DNA from: Chrysomallon squamiferum
Taxonomy: Eukaryota; Animalia; Mollusca
Assembly (NCBI GenBank): GCA_012295275.1
Contig: CM022673.1
Location: 1,922,001-1,986,000 of the forward strand
Direction: 5' to 3'
Length of the DNA: 64,000 nucleotides
Of the stretch, positions 28,495 through 41,265 are shown in pieces (position 1 is the stretch's first letter; each line of letters opens with the position of its first letter). Below the pieces are notes generated by a model. That model ran no database searches, was not told the origin of the DNA, and saw only the letters and a program-made list of their open reading frames with translations. The translations under genes and the position numbers were made by a program.

Positions 28495-29400
28495 TTATTT
28501 TACGTTTACGTTACTAAGTTTCACATTATCTTACTTTTACGTTAGTTTATTTCACGTTATCTTAATTTTACATTACTAAGTTTCACATTATTTTACGTTT
28601 ACGTTACTTAGTTTCACATTCTCTTACTTTTACGTTAGTTTATTTCACGTTATCTTAATTTTACATTACTAAGTTTCACATTATCTTACTTTTACGTTAC
28701 TTAGTTTCACATTCTCTTACTTTTACGTTAGTTTATTTCACGTTATCTTAATTTTACATTACTAAGTTTCACATTATCTTACTTTTACGTTACTTAGTTT
28801 CACATTCTCTTACTTTTACGTTAGTTTATTTCACGTTATCTTAATTTTACATTACTTAGTTTCACATTATCTTACTTTTACGTTACTTAGTTTCACGTTA
28901 TCTTACTTTTTGTTACTTTGTTTCACGTTATCTTACTTTTACATTTCTTTATTTAAGACTATTTTACTTTTACGTTATTTTGTTTCACGCTGTTGTCCTT
29001 TTACGTTTACATTATATCAAGTTATCTTACTTTCACGTTTTTTCGTTTCACGTTATCTTAGTTTTATTGTAATTTTGTTTCACATTATTTTACCTTAGGT
29101 CAATTCACTTCATATTATGTTACATCTTGTTACTTTGCATTGTTTTATTCTTACAAAACTTTACTTCACATTATCTTACTTTTACGTTACTTTACTTGGT
29201 GTTATCTTACTTTACGTTACTTTACTTCACATTATCTTACTTTTATGTTACTTTACTTGGCGTTATCTTACTTTACGTTACTTTACTTCACATTATCTTA
29301 CTTTTACGTTTCTTTACTTCACGTTATCTTGCTTTTATTAAACTTGACGTTATCTCACTTTACTTCCTGTATCATAGTTTGGGCTTTACTCTACATTATT
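28495..29400. repeat. 31-bp-monomer minisatellite with 93-bp and 61-bp higher-order repeats
   Basis: Variant monomer GTTAGTTTATTTCACGTTATCTTAATTTTAC at 28541, 28634, 28727 and 28820 (period 93). ACTTGG variant at 29194 and 29255 (period 61). Confidence 0.93.
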
Positions 29401-29456
29401 TTGTGTCACTTTTATTTTATTTTAACTATTTTTCTTTTTTAAAGCTGACATTAAAA

Positions 29457-29507
<51 letters not shown>

Positions 29508-29625
29508 AAATAAAAAGATTAATTAAATATTTATTTTAAATTTATTTATTTATTTATTTTATTTATTCATTCATTCATTCATTCATTCATTCTTGGTAGA
29601 CATCTGATTATTTCAAGATTGTAAC

Positions 29626-29686
29626 TGTCATCAACGGCTCAAAAAAAGTTTCATGTCATCAACGGCTCAAGAAGAAGGTTTCATGT
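29626..29686. repeat. 28-bp tandem duplication
   Basis: TGTCATCAACGGCTCAA...GTTTCA at 29626 and 29654. Confidence 0.9.
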
Positions 29687-30254
29687 ATTTTACTGCTTAT
29701 AAGAAAGTGAATATAAAAGATGGATTGCTGGTTACTGATTATAGAGCCCGCCGAGATGTGACAGTGAGTTTTCTTCTCAATCATCGTTACCCCTGAAACC
29801 ATTTGCAAACTACATCTCTGCGTTAACCATTAACATATTGATGTGTTGTACACAAATACCAGTATTCATTCAGTCCCTTTAATATCTGGAAAAATGCCTA
29901 CGTTGATGGAAACCACAGACGTGACGGAAAATGACGCATTACATTTTAAACATCAAAGTGACAGAAATTTCGTTTATTGGACTGAGTATCATGTCTAGAG
30001 ATTTTACAACAGTAAGGTGAAAAAAACGTGATGCATCGTTTTCTGTTATTACAGATACGTGTCCCGTTGTTCTTCCTGTTGATACATTTAATACTGTTAC
30101 TTCTGCTGCTACTGCTGCTACTGCTGTGTTAATACTGTCCAAGCTACTTGTTATTATTATGTACAGTGCTATCGCTATTGTTATTTCTATTATTACAGTC
30201 CAGGAACTGATTTTGTTTCGCTACAAATATTCAGAAGGTTTGATGGTAGATTTA

Positions 30255-30489
30255 CTATTATTACTATTACTGCTTCTAGTAAGCAAATACTAGTACTACT
30301 ACTATGGCTGCTGCTGCTTCTGCTAAAACTACTACAGTAACAACAACAACAACAACTACTACTACTCCTATTACTACTACTACTACTCCTATTACTACTA
30401 CTACAACAACAACAACTACTACTACTACTACTACTACTACTGCTACTATTACTCCTGCTGTCGCTGCTCAAACTGTTATCATCATCATC

Positions 30490-30545
<56 letters not shown>
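30255..30545. repeat. (ACT)/(ACA)/(ATC)/(AAT) compound triplet tract
   Basis: Directly visible. Confidence 0.92.
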
Positions 30546-31756
30546 TAGAATTAGAATTAATCAAAACGTTCGAAAGCAATTCGCTTGGGACTAACCTAAC
30601 ACATAGGTTAACAACATTTATTGTTATCAACAGTAATCAAAGTAATTTACAGTTTAATTTTTAATGCGATAACGGTTACTAATTCCCTCTTGCACTGTCA
30701 GACATACAGACACATTCACACCAAACGCGCTACGTCTTCTTATAAACACTCAGATAAGAAAGACCACCTGAACAGCAGACACATTTTACACGACACCCTC
30801 GTTATCACAACTGTTAATTACCACAGATTTTAATGAGCAAAGAGAGACACGTAAAACTTACGTTTACTGATTAGATAGATAACACATTATAAATTAAAAG
30901 ATAAAATAGTTACAGTGTGTGTGGTGGTGTTAGGAGACCGCGTTCTTAAATCTTATATTCTTTCATGTAACTTTTTTTTATGTTTCTAGAGATAAAACTT
31001 TATTATTAATAAAGTAAAGTAAAATAGCGGACCCAGGTAAAACGCATTAAAGTTGCTATTTACTTCTTTTTTTCTGTTGTTTTTTTCGGAGCTGTTTTAG
31101 TACACATAAATGAAAACAAGAAGTAGTTAGCATATCTTTAGTTGATCTAATAATTTCAAATATTTGGTTTTGTAAAATGTTTAGTTATGGAACGACCTCA
31201 CCGGGATAATTATAAAAAAATAAGTGAATAAATAAAATTGATTCTGAGTTTATTATTATTGATACTTTTTTATTTGCAAAATACATTCATAACTTTTCAA
31301 AGTATGGTAATTATATGTATGATGTTTTATTCATACTTTTACATTTCCAATTCAAAATAGCATTTTTGGAAGTAAATAGTCGGGTAGCTTTTGACATTTT
31401 GTAACCTTTTTCGTAACCTTTGTAGGGATTTTTTATGTAGCTGAGAACCTTTAACAAACTTGTTACAGAACAGTATGTGTATTTTTGTTGTTTTAGAGCA
31501 AACAGTCTGTGTATATGTTGTTGTTGTAGTTTTTTTTTTCAGGTTTTTTATTATGTTTATTTTTTTATTGATTAATTCATTGATTGACTAATTAATAGAC
31601 TGACTGACTGACTGATTGATTTAAAAAAATGATAGTTAGTAATGATCATCATAACTGTTATTATTATCGCTATTGTTGTAGTTATCAGTAAATCCATTTT
31701 GTTGTTGTTGCAATGTTAATAACAAATAATTCTTAATACTATAACGATTGTACAAA

Positions 31757-31795
<39 letters not shown>

Positions 31796-31859
31796 GACAT
31801 TTAAAATCACATCTTTTCTTTTTTTCAGTCTTTTTCGTTGTTATATTACAGTATATATT

Positions 31860-31924
<65 letters not shown>

Positions 31925-32021
31925 TCATTGTTATAGTATCACTGTACCTTTTGCTTTACAATTAAAACAGTAACAACCAGGCACTAAATGAAATGCATAC
32001 CTTTGACAAATACTATTTACA

Positions 32022-33632
32022 TTACACCAGAGTCTCTAGTCCTGGTGATTCATCGCTGTGCATTGAACTTAGACCCGTATCAGAATCGTTGTCGTCACGT
32101 AACTGTTTGCACGACCTTTCAAGAATCGAATAATGGCCGTCATTTGCGTACGTATACATTGTGGGCGGAAGAAAATAGTTCCGACTTCCGTTAAATTGCA
32201 TGTCGGTCCTGTGTTGATTGTCGTGGTTTCTGAAATCCCCGAGTGAATCGCCGTTAATACACGACTTGCCATTTGACTGTTTTACAACTTCTCTGTTTTT
32301 CAAAATGGACGTTACCCTCGGTTCGGTTCGCTTTGAATGATTCGGTGCGGCGTTTTGGTCCGATTCAGGAGGGCGTGCCTTTAACGGAATGTCGCTGTGA
32401 ATATGCTGCAGCTGATTTATCTTGTTTTGATTGTTTTCAGTTAGATTTTCTTTTGACGTACCTATCACGTGCATATGGTTCAACGTATCATCAAACGTCA
32501 CTGATTTCGCTCTGATTCTAGGATACTGATCGTGCACGTGCAGCTGACCTACGCCGTCGTCGTCACAATCAAGGTCAAGGTCACGGACAGGAATCACGGT
32601 TCTAGTTTGCTCACTCTGTGTAGGAGTGGCATCCAAACTTTCCAGTTCCGTTTTCAGTGATTTGAGTATTTGATGCTTCACACTAATTTGCTGGTCATAG
32701 TACTGAAGTTCCTTTTTCATTCCTTCTTCTTTGTATCTCTGCATCATATTAGCCGTGACTAGTCGATTAATTTCCACCTGAATCTGGTCGCACCGTTCAC
32801 TTTCCTCCGAATTAACCACATCGCCGGAGTCTGACGGGCAGGCGCTGTTCTGCCCGCCTGACACAGAACTCTCTTGAATTCTAGACGTCAGCTCTCGAAT
32901 CCTGCTTTTCTCTTTCTCAATTCTGTCTTCGAGTTCCAGAATCCTGTCGCAGAACTCCAGATACTCTTCCATTTCTTCTTCGCGAACGTTCGTCAGGCAT
33001 CCGTCCATGCTGCTGTCGTCGCTGTGGCTCTCCATGTAGGCGTTCTGGACGTAGTCCTCGCCGTTCTCGTGGATTCTGCTGTAGTGACGCTTCGTCTCGA
33101 GGTTCTCGATGAGCTGCTCGGTTTCCTCGATCCTCTCTCGGATGTCGTGCAGTCTGCGCTCCTGCGTGATGACCAGTTTGACGACGCCCTCCAAGCACCG
33201 CATCTGCCCCGCGTCGTGACACTTTTCGTGACCGCAGCAGCCTCGGTTTCGAGAAGCGTGCCGTGACCTGTGTTTGCTTTTCCTGTGTCGTCGCTTGGAC
33301 CGCGAAAGCTCTCCCGGAAGAAAGTAGTCGTCCAGCTTCCTCATGTCCAGCTGAACGTTGCACTGCTCGGCTCCCCACGCCTTCCACACCTTCAGCAGCT
33401 TCGTCCGCGCCTGCAGAGGTCGCTCCACCTCACGCCATCGCTCGAAGATAGCGTAGTTCTCCGTGCCGTTGACCTCGTGTTTGTCGTCGTGGTAGAGGAG
33501 AGCGTAGATGATGTCGTCGCACGTCGTGCGTTTCGTTAGACCGGTGACCCATCGCTGTACGCCGTTGACCCAGATTGGCACGTCGATGGAAGTGGGATCG
33601 GGTGACTCAGACAGAAAGTTATTTTCATTCAT
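32022..33632 (-). CDS. RASSF10: Ras association domain-containing protein 9/10-like (N-terminal RASSF), main coding exon
   Basis: 536-aa non-repetitive ORF. The N-terminal RA domain VPIWVNGVQRWVTGLTKRTTCDDIIYALL...YAIFERWREVERPL..RTKLLKVWKAWGAEQ matches the RASSF9/10 pattern. Coiled-coil segments follow, and the C-terminus NDSDTGLSSMHSDE...ETLV closely resembles the RASSF10 C-terminus. Probably co-orthologous to vertebrate RASSF9 and RASSF10. Confidence 0.95.
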   Translation of the reverse strand: MNENNFLSESPDPTSIDVPIWVNGVQRWVTGLTKRTTCDDIIYALLYHDDKHEVNGTENYAIFERWREVERPLQARTKLLKVWKAWGAEQCNVQLDMRKLDDYFLPGELSRSKRRHRKSKHRSRHASRNRGCCGHEKCHDAGQMRCLEGVVKLVITQERRLHDIRERIEETEQLIENLETKRHYSRIHENGEDYVQNAYMESHSDDSSMDGCLTNVREEEMEEYLEFCDRILELEDRIEKEKSRIRELTSRIQESSVSGGQNSACPSDSGDVVNSEESERCDQIQVEINRLVTANMMQRYKEEGMKKELQYYDQQISVKHQILKSLKTELESLDATPTQSEQTRTVIPVRDLDLDCDDDGVGQLHVHDQYPRIRAKSVTFDDTLNHMHVIGTSKENLTENNQNKINQLQHIHSDIPLKARPPESDQNAAPNHSKRTEPRVTSILKNREVVKQSNGKSCINGDSLGDFRNHDNQHRTDMQFNGSRNYFLPPTMYTYANDGHYSILERSCKQLRDDNDSDTGLSSMHSDESPGLETLV

Positions 33633-33660
33633 CTGGAAATAACAACAAGATCTCAGTTAA
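33633..33660 (-). other. 3' splice acceptor immediately upstream of the RASSF ATG
   Basis: Minus strand reads ttaactgagatcttgttgttatttccAG|ATG: branch-like element, pyrimidine-rich tract and CAG abutting the start codon, so at least one upstream exon exists. Confidence 0.8.
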
Positions 33661-34200
33661 AGTTTTAAAATATTTTTTTTTTTTATTTGTATTTCCTTAT
33701 AAATAACAATACAAGAGTAATATGATTTTTGAGTGATATAAAAAATAATATTCCCTAACTCAGTGTTCTTATTTCTATCATAATTTTTTTTTTCTATTTT
33801 CTTTTTTATTTTCACGTCCTTCTTGCTTGATTCCATTTTTCTTTCGTTTTTTATGTTTTTCTTTCTTTGTTCCATCATTTGTTCATTGCATTTCGTCTTG
33901 ACTAATTTTATGTATCGTTAAAAAAAAAGTTTTAGTTTGTTTGACAACATTAATTTATAAATTAGTAAATAAAAATAGCAAATAACACGTGGAGTTTTCC
34001 TACTTCCTTAACCAGAATGATAACACAAGAATGAACGTAAAAACAGGTTTTTCCTTATTTAACGTTTACTTCATTGAACCCTTCAAATAAATTGAAAACA
34101 AACTGACAAGGAAAGGAAATGATAATTACTTTTCTTTTTTATTAAATAATATAAATATTAAATAAATAAATAAATAAATAAAATAAAATAAAAAAATAAA

Positions 34201-34240
<40 letters not shown>

Positions 34241-34857
34241 TAATGGGAACAAAAACAACAGCAAAAATAAGGATTGTTAAAACCAAATAAATAAAGAACG
34301 AGAAGACATAAATTAAACGAAATTTAAAAATGATTACATTAATTTAACAAATAACTTCAACGGGAACAACAAAAACAACGACAACTGCAGCATCAACAGT
34401 AACATAAAGAAGAAGAAGAAGGAGAAGAAGAAGAAGAAGATAAAGACGAAAAAGAAAGAAGAAGAAAAAAGTTTAGAAGATTAATAACGTTTTCAAAAAT
34501 AGCAACAACTGAGGCAGTAACTTGACACGTTCGTCTGATCGACTCGTCACTGTACAAATTCCACGCAGGTTTAAATCTTATTTCACGGATTTTAATCGGA
34601 TTGTTACAACTCCGCCTAAACTGCAAACAATAATTTCCATAGTAAATAAGTGAAAAACGCAATATCTTTATCTAAAGTGTGAATGATGGATAAATAGTGT
34701 GGAAAATAAATGCAGAGAGTAATTTTAAAGTCAGTCTGTACTTAATCTGTTAACAGGTCTTTTTTATAACTCATTACACATAGTCAAACAAAAACACATA
34801 TACACGTTTGTATCCCTATCTGTCTCTCTGTTTCTCTTTTTCTCTCGCTCTCTCTAT

Positions 34858-34934
<77 letters not shown>

Positions 34935-35786
34935 CTATCTACCAAACTACAGTCCTACCTTCCTATTTACGTATCTATCTATCTATTTGTAATAAACAAA
35001 ATTGTTCTGAAGTGCTAAATATTCATTCATTCACATTATATATAACACCCTCCATTTTGGTTCAAGGCAACTAAAAATTCAGGAATCAGTTTAAACAAAA
35101 CATACTGTACTTGAAAACAAGGTTAAATATGTTTTGTTCAGTGTCATGCATTTTAAAACATCTATCGTGACAACTGTATGTTTTTCAGAACTGTACTGTT
35201 CATGAATGTAAAGTGTGCTACTGTTTTGTTTTGTTTTTTCGATTTACAGCTGCCGCAGAAATTAACCGTATTATAAATCATAGAGTACTAATGTTTGAAG
35301 TGACAATCACATCAATAATCCATTTATTAAATATCATTTTTAAATCTGTCATTTTCATATGACACAGTTCTATTGTCTAAGCGGCCAGCTGGAAACATTA
35401 GTTGTCTCAGTTTGAGAAAACATAGTAACAGCTTTTCCGAAATTCAAATACAAAGAGAATTATCAAAACCAAATAAATAAATAAATAAATAAAATTAACA
35501 ACAACAACAACAACAACAATAATAATAATAAACTGGAGTTTAAACGCTTATTTAGAAAAAAAAAATGTCATCCATACTCACAAATACAAAATAGAAGATT
35601 TTGTTTTCAGTGTCGTAGATAAAAGTAATTATGTATACCATAACACAAATAGATGTCCATGCTCCAAAACGAAAACCTTCCTTCTACATCTGGATTAAAG
35701 ATGATCTTCACTAATCAGACATTTATTTATTTATTAATAAATTACCACAGAAGAGAGAGAGAAAGAAAAAATCTTTGTTTGCTTAC

Positions 35787-36360
35787 ATCTTTTCATCTCC
35801 AATCTTCTTTGATATGAGTAAACTGCAAGTAACGTCGTTTTGTAATCTGTTTTCAAAAACGTGTCGTAATCTCATCAAATAACGTTTTCCCACCTTTTTC
35901 ACACACGGACAAGGATCGATTACAAGTCCACATAAATGAATAAATAAATAAATTAATGAATGAAAGGTCTGTTTGCACTCTGCCTACGTTAAAAAAGAAT
36001 GTATTTCGTTAGCATTCCGTCGTACATTTCCCAACGAATAAAAAAAAAATAATAATAATAATAACAACAAATAACTAGCACACACAGACAACAAACAATA
36101 TGGACAAAAAAGCCTCCTACTACGAATGGCATGTATCAGTTTACTGAGTCGACTCATCCGCGAAGTGTCCTCCTACTGCAGCAGATTCAACGAGTCGAAT
36201 CAGCTGGATGCACAAACTGAACGGCGGGGAGTACACACGAAAGACACGCAGAACGTCAGCCACGCATGCACAGAAACAAACGTTGTCAGACTTGACCTCG
36301 CGTTATCTGTCTGTCATTACAGCGGCACGGGTCAGCGCTCGACGTTTTGTGAGTGTTTGA
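35787..36360 (-). promoter_or_regulatory. Candidate proximal promoter / alternative 5' exon of RASSF gene
   Basis: CpG-rich patch 36120-36360 with initiator TCAGTT (36215-36220), and a donor GAT|GTAAGC after 35787. Confidence 0.4.
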
Positions 36361-37265
36361 TGGATAAAACCTTATCTCGAATTGTTGTCCCAGGGGCAAT
36401 TCAGATTTTTTTTATTCTTTTTTTTTTTTTTTTTTTTTTTTTGTATACGTCATATCAAAACGACAGCTGTTATCTACGAAATGGTATTGCGATACTTAAA
36501 GGTTGTCGATGATAGCTTGTTGAAGGCAAGGATAGGGTGGACGTGTGTACACAAAAAAAGGTCGAAGATACTCCGGGTATACAGATAACACGGACGATAT
36601 ACATACAAAAATTACAGCAATAATGTGTTGCACTTATATCTCAAAAAGACAGATCAAATCGAATCATAGATCGGAGTATATGATTATCAAAACATAATGC
36701 AACACAATTTCTATCTACATACTTAAATTTTGACCAAAATCCATAGAAGTTACAAAGTGTTATTCTATCACAGTTTCACATATTGGTTATGATTCGTATT
36801 GTTATGAGTATCGTCGATTTATTTTTACAGTTGTCAATAATAATTATTTCAAAACTATAATCATAATCTAATCCTGGTCAGTCTGTTTATTCCGTGATTA
36901 ACGACGGAGAAGGAAATCCCTAGAGGACATAGGGCAACGTCCATTTGGCTCTGACCCCAGAAATATGGACGTTGGCGCTGATTAATATTTTAAATACACT
37001 GTCACGTTTTAAATTATTCATCATTATTAGTGTAATGTGAGATATCAAAGCGAGTTGTTTATTAACATCACAGCACTGGATATTGAACGACAACGTGCGA
37101 ATGAAGAGTTTTGAATGTGACTTGTCAGGAAAATCTGCAGTCACTTCTAGGTGGTATATTTTGTCAAATAACAACAAATAACTTTTTTTTTCTATTCCAG
37201 TATCTGAACATACTATTACTGGAATAAAAATAATATGATAAACACAAAGGAAAATTATGTTTCAA

Positions 37266-37311
<46 letters not shown>

Positions 37312-37991
37312 GTAAAGCAAAAGGAAGAAAAGTGAAAAAAAACTGTAACACAATAAATACAGCTGACGCATTTTTTTTTTTAATTTAAGAATAAAATGAA
37401 ATCTCAAATTAATCTCTGTAATGTATTTCCATACATGCACAGCTTATATACACCCGGATATAAAAATTTTAAAAAAGGGAAAAATCTTAATCATAATGGA
37501 CCGACCACAATAAAGAGCTTAACGTCATGTCGAAATTAGGTTCGTTATCGCAACAGTGTTTGTGTACGAGAGTGAGCCGTCGATAACAGGTAATGACGGG
37601 GTACCAGCAACAGGGTCGACAACAGTTAATAACGTAAGACGTAAGACTTTTTCCTTGTCACTCGCTTGACGTTTTACGCCTGCAGTGGCGCAGACTTGAG
37701 GTCACGCGATTAGAAATAGGTCGATCGTGAGAAAATATCGTAAGTATGTTAAGACACATGTAATTATAATTTACACACTGCGCAGGCATGTGCATAGTTA
37801 CATATGCATTACAGAAGAGCAGTAATAGTGTAATATATAAATTGTTAAATCTTTTTCTGGTTATATTTCTCGTTTAGAAACGATGAAATCTATATTCAGT
37901 GTATATCTCTATCTATCTGTCTGTCTATCTGTCTGTCTATCTATCTATCTGTCTATCTATCTGTTTATCTATCTATATATCTGTCTGTATG

Positions 37992-38036
<45 letters not shown>

Positions 38037-38537
38037 CACACACATATACATATCCACATATCTATATACATACATACATACCCAGATATATACCCACACA
38101 TATACACACATAACTAATAAATATAAGAACCCAAAGGTTATATAGACACACAAAGTAACAAGAAAGTTACACACACACATACAGACACGCATATGCACAC
38201 ACATACACACATACACACATAAACACACAAGCACACATACACAAACATACACAACATAAAACGAGCATTAGAGGGACATAACTCTTTCATTACTTTCATT
38301 ACAAAATCTATTTTCGTTTTTCCATTACCAGTATGTAAACTTTTACAATGCTCTTTATTATAGACAGGATACCACGTGCCATGGGCTTTACTGAACAGTT
38401 GTGGGCAATGGTTGGAATGGGATGTAGCCAAATGCGCCATTGCCAAGAATGGCTCTGTAATACATGTGCATCTTGTTAGTGATTGATCACTGTACCATGT
38501 GGGGAAATACTAGAAATATACTTCCTTAATATATATG

Positions 38538-38570
<33 letters not shown>

Positions 38571-38582
38571 ATAAAATCTACA

Positions 38583-38618
<36 letters not shown>

Positions 38619-39257
38619 TATTTTCATGTATACTCAATGTCGAATATTTATAAAGAGTGAAACCTAACAGAGCATGAAAGCGTGTTCTTCAAACACTGAT
38701 TCATCTTATGCACTTGTGTTTTCTATTTTAAACACATTAGATTATATCGCTAAACAGTAAGCAAAGATTTATTATTATATTTTTTTTCATTTACCACTCA
38801 TTGAATAATCAAATATTTTCGTCGTTTTAATATTCTTCATAAATCGTTTATTTATTTATCTGCACGGGCTTCTATAATAAATCTTTTTTTTTTTTTTTTT
38901 TTTGTCGCTAGCTCTGAATAGACGTTAATGTGATGATAAAGATCAGTTTATGATTAATTAATGCATTCCAACAGCCACGGGTACAAATTTCACTTCAGTG
39001 ATGGTCCAGTGGGTTTCTATCGCTGTTGCTGGTCACAGAGACGAAGTTACGAGGCTGTTCTCAGTTAGATTCGAGAGTGTTTACTTTCGTAAAATAAATA
39101 AGAAATTTCTCATTGTCCCTAATGGCTCTCGTTTGTACTGTGTTTTCTTTGAAAGTAAATATTGTGTGTGTGGGTGTAATGAGCAAAAGAAACAGGTAAC
39201 GATAAACAAGAATAAAAAAAAACTCTTTTTCAGTATGTATTTGTGTTTATCTGTGTA

Positions 39258-39452
39258 ATGTATGTATGTATGTATATATGTATGTATGTATGCATGTATG
39301 TATGTATGTGTGTGTGTCTATATGTATGTATGTATGTCTGAATGTATGCATGTATGTATGTATGTATGTATGTGTGTGTGTATGTGTATGTGTGTGTGTG
39401 TATGTATGTATGTATGTATGTATGTATGTATGTATGTATGTATGTATGTATG
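39258..39452. repeat. (TATG)n/(TG)n microsatellite
   Basis: Directly visible. Confidence 0.95.
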
Positions 39453-40811
39453 GAGGCCTGCCTAAAAACAAAAGTAAAGTATGTCAAGATTATCTTACCC
39501 CCGTCATGAAATCATTTTAAATAACTTTCTCCTTCATGTACAGAATTCCAAACGAAGTTTCAACCGTATAAGTCTGTCCAATCCTTTTTTAATACCGCAA
39601 ACCGTGATTTCTATTAAATAAATTCACACACAGGTATTTTGCTAAGCAGATCTAAACTGCACTTCTATTGTGATTGGCAAATATGCAATATGTGATCAGC
39701 TTTGTTACTATTTTCGTACATAACCATTCACTGGCGTTGGACAAGGTTACATTCTTTCACCCACCTTATTTGCGTTACGCATTATTCGCTAACACTGTTT
39801 TAGAAAAGCACTATTAAAGCCAGCACATAACCAAATCCTTAAATCGCCGTAAACCGAAATTTGATTAACTGTCTTATGTTATATTTCCATTACACGGTTT
39901 GCCGACCGTGTACAAATGGGCTTAGTTAAAGCGAGGGCTTGGTGTCAAAGCGGAGATGGTATATACAAATTAGGTGCATTGTAAAAAATCAGAATGGCCG
40001 TGTTAGTCACCCATGTAGACTGATTGTTATTTAATGCCGGCAGTTTTCAACACTGTCAATGTGGCTGTCATAACATCCACTTAAACCTTACTGCAGGGGC
40101 TGGATGTCTGTTAACCGTTACTCCAGTCTGTCAACAACTAACCACACCATCGAAGATTAAAAAAATACGAAAAAAAATCTATGTGTGTGTGTGTGTGGGT
40201 GTACCACACCAAAATTAAAAAAATGTAGAAATCTCTGTTTGTGCTGTTTGTGCGTGCGTGCGTGCGTGTGTGTCTATGTGTGTGTGTGTATGTGGATGTA
40301 TGTATATACACACATACACATATACATATCTTTGCTTTATAAATATACACAAAAGACACATAATTTAAATTACTGTGTATGTGTGTGTATATAAATTATA
40401 TATGTCCATACATACATGCATAGTAAAACATATAAAAGATAATTACTGTGCAAACGTTAATAAATATAAACATATAATAATAATAATAATAATAACACAG
40501 TAAAAACGAACGACAGCAATAACACAGACCTAACATACTAATAAATTAAGCAGGGACTACGTAGTTGTCGTTTTTGACACAATACCTGAAACGTAAACCG
40601 TCTCACTTCAACGTGAGTCTTCTCGTATTTCCTAACTCAGCCCTGCCCAGCATTTTCAACACGTGTGTAAAAAACAGTACAGGCAAACCAGCATGTACAT
40701 GCTCGACTGTGTAATACGAAAACCAACACGGATAAACACTATAATCAAACACTGTTTTCGAGAAGGAAACAGGAGGGAATAACGCTTTGTCACGCGGGCA
40801 GTTTAACTTAC

Positions 40812-40875
40812 TTGTCAGAGCGAAACAGGCGGCGTTGTGGCGGTTGTAACTGTACGTCCACGTGAACCACGTCAG
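40812..40875 (-). promoter_or_regulatory. Candidate short non-coding first exon with core promoter
   Basis: Minus strand TGACGT...CACGTG (E-box 40859-40864), then ACAGTT initiator-like (40848-40853), about 40 nt of GC-rich sequence, then CAA|GTAAGT. Confidence 0.35.
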
Positions 40876-41098
40876 ACAGTTAGTACGTGAAATGTTCCGT
40901 TACGAAATCAAACACGTGATGCTTTTAGTTGACATTTTTGCCTATATATATATATATATATATAAGTCTCTGTGTGTCTGTCTGTGTATGTATGTATGTA
41001 TGTATGTATGTATGTATGTATGTATATATGTACGTATGTATGTATGTATGTATGTATATTATGTATATGTATATATGTATCTGTACACACACACAGAG

Positions 41099-41172
<74 letters not shown>

Positions 41173-41265
41173 CTGATTTGAGGTATATTGTAAAATATTT
41201 AAACATTTATTACTAGTATTGATTTGCAATGTTACAAATAAAGTACAGATTTGTAAATTACTCAC

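Noticed and set aside
32874-33539. Overlapping and antisense ORFs within RASSF
   Set aside because: Expected shadows of a GC3-rich coding region.
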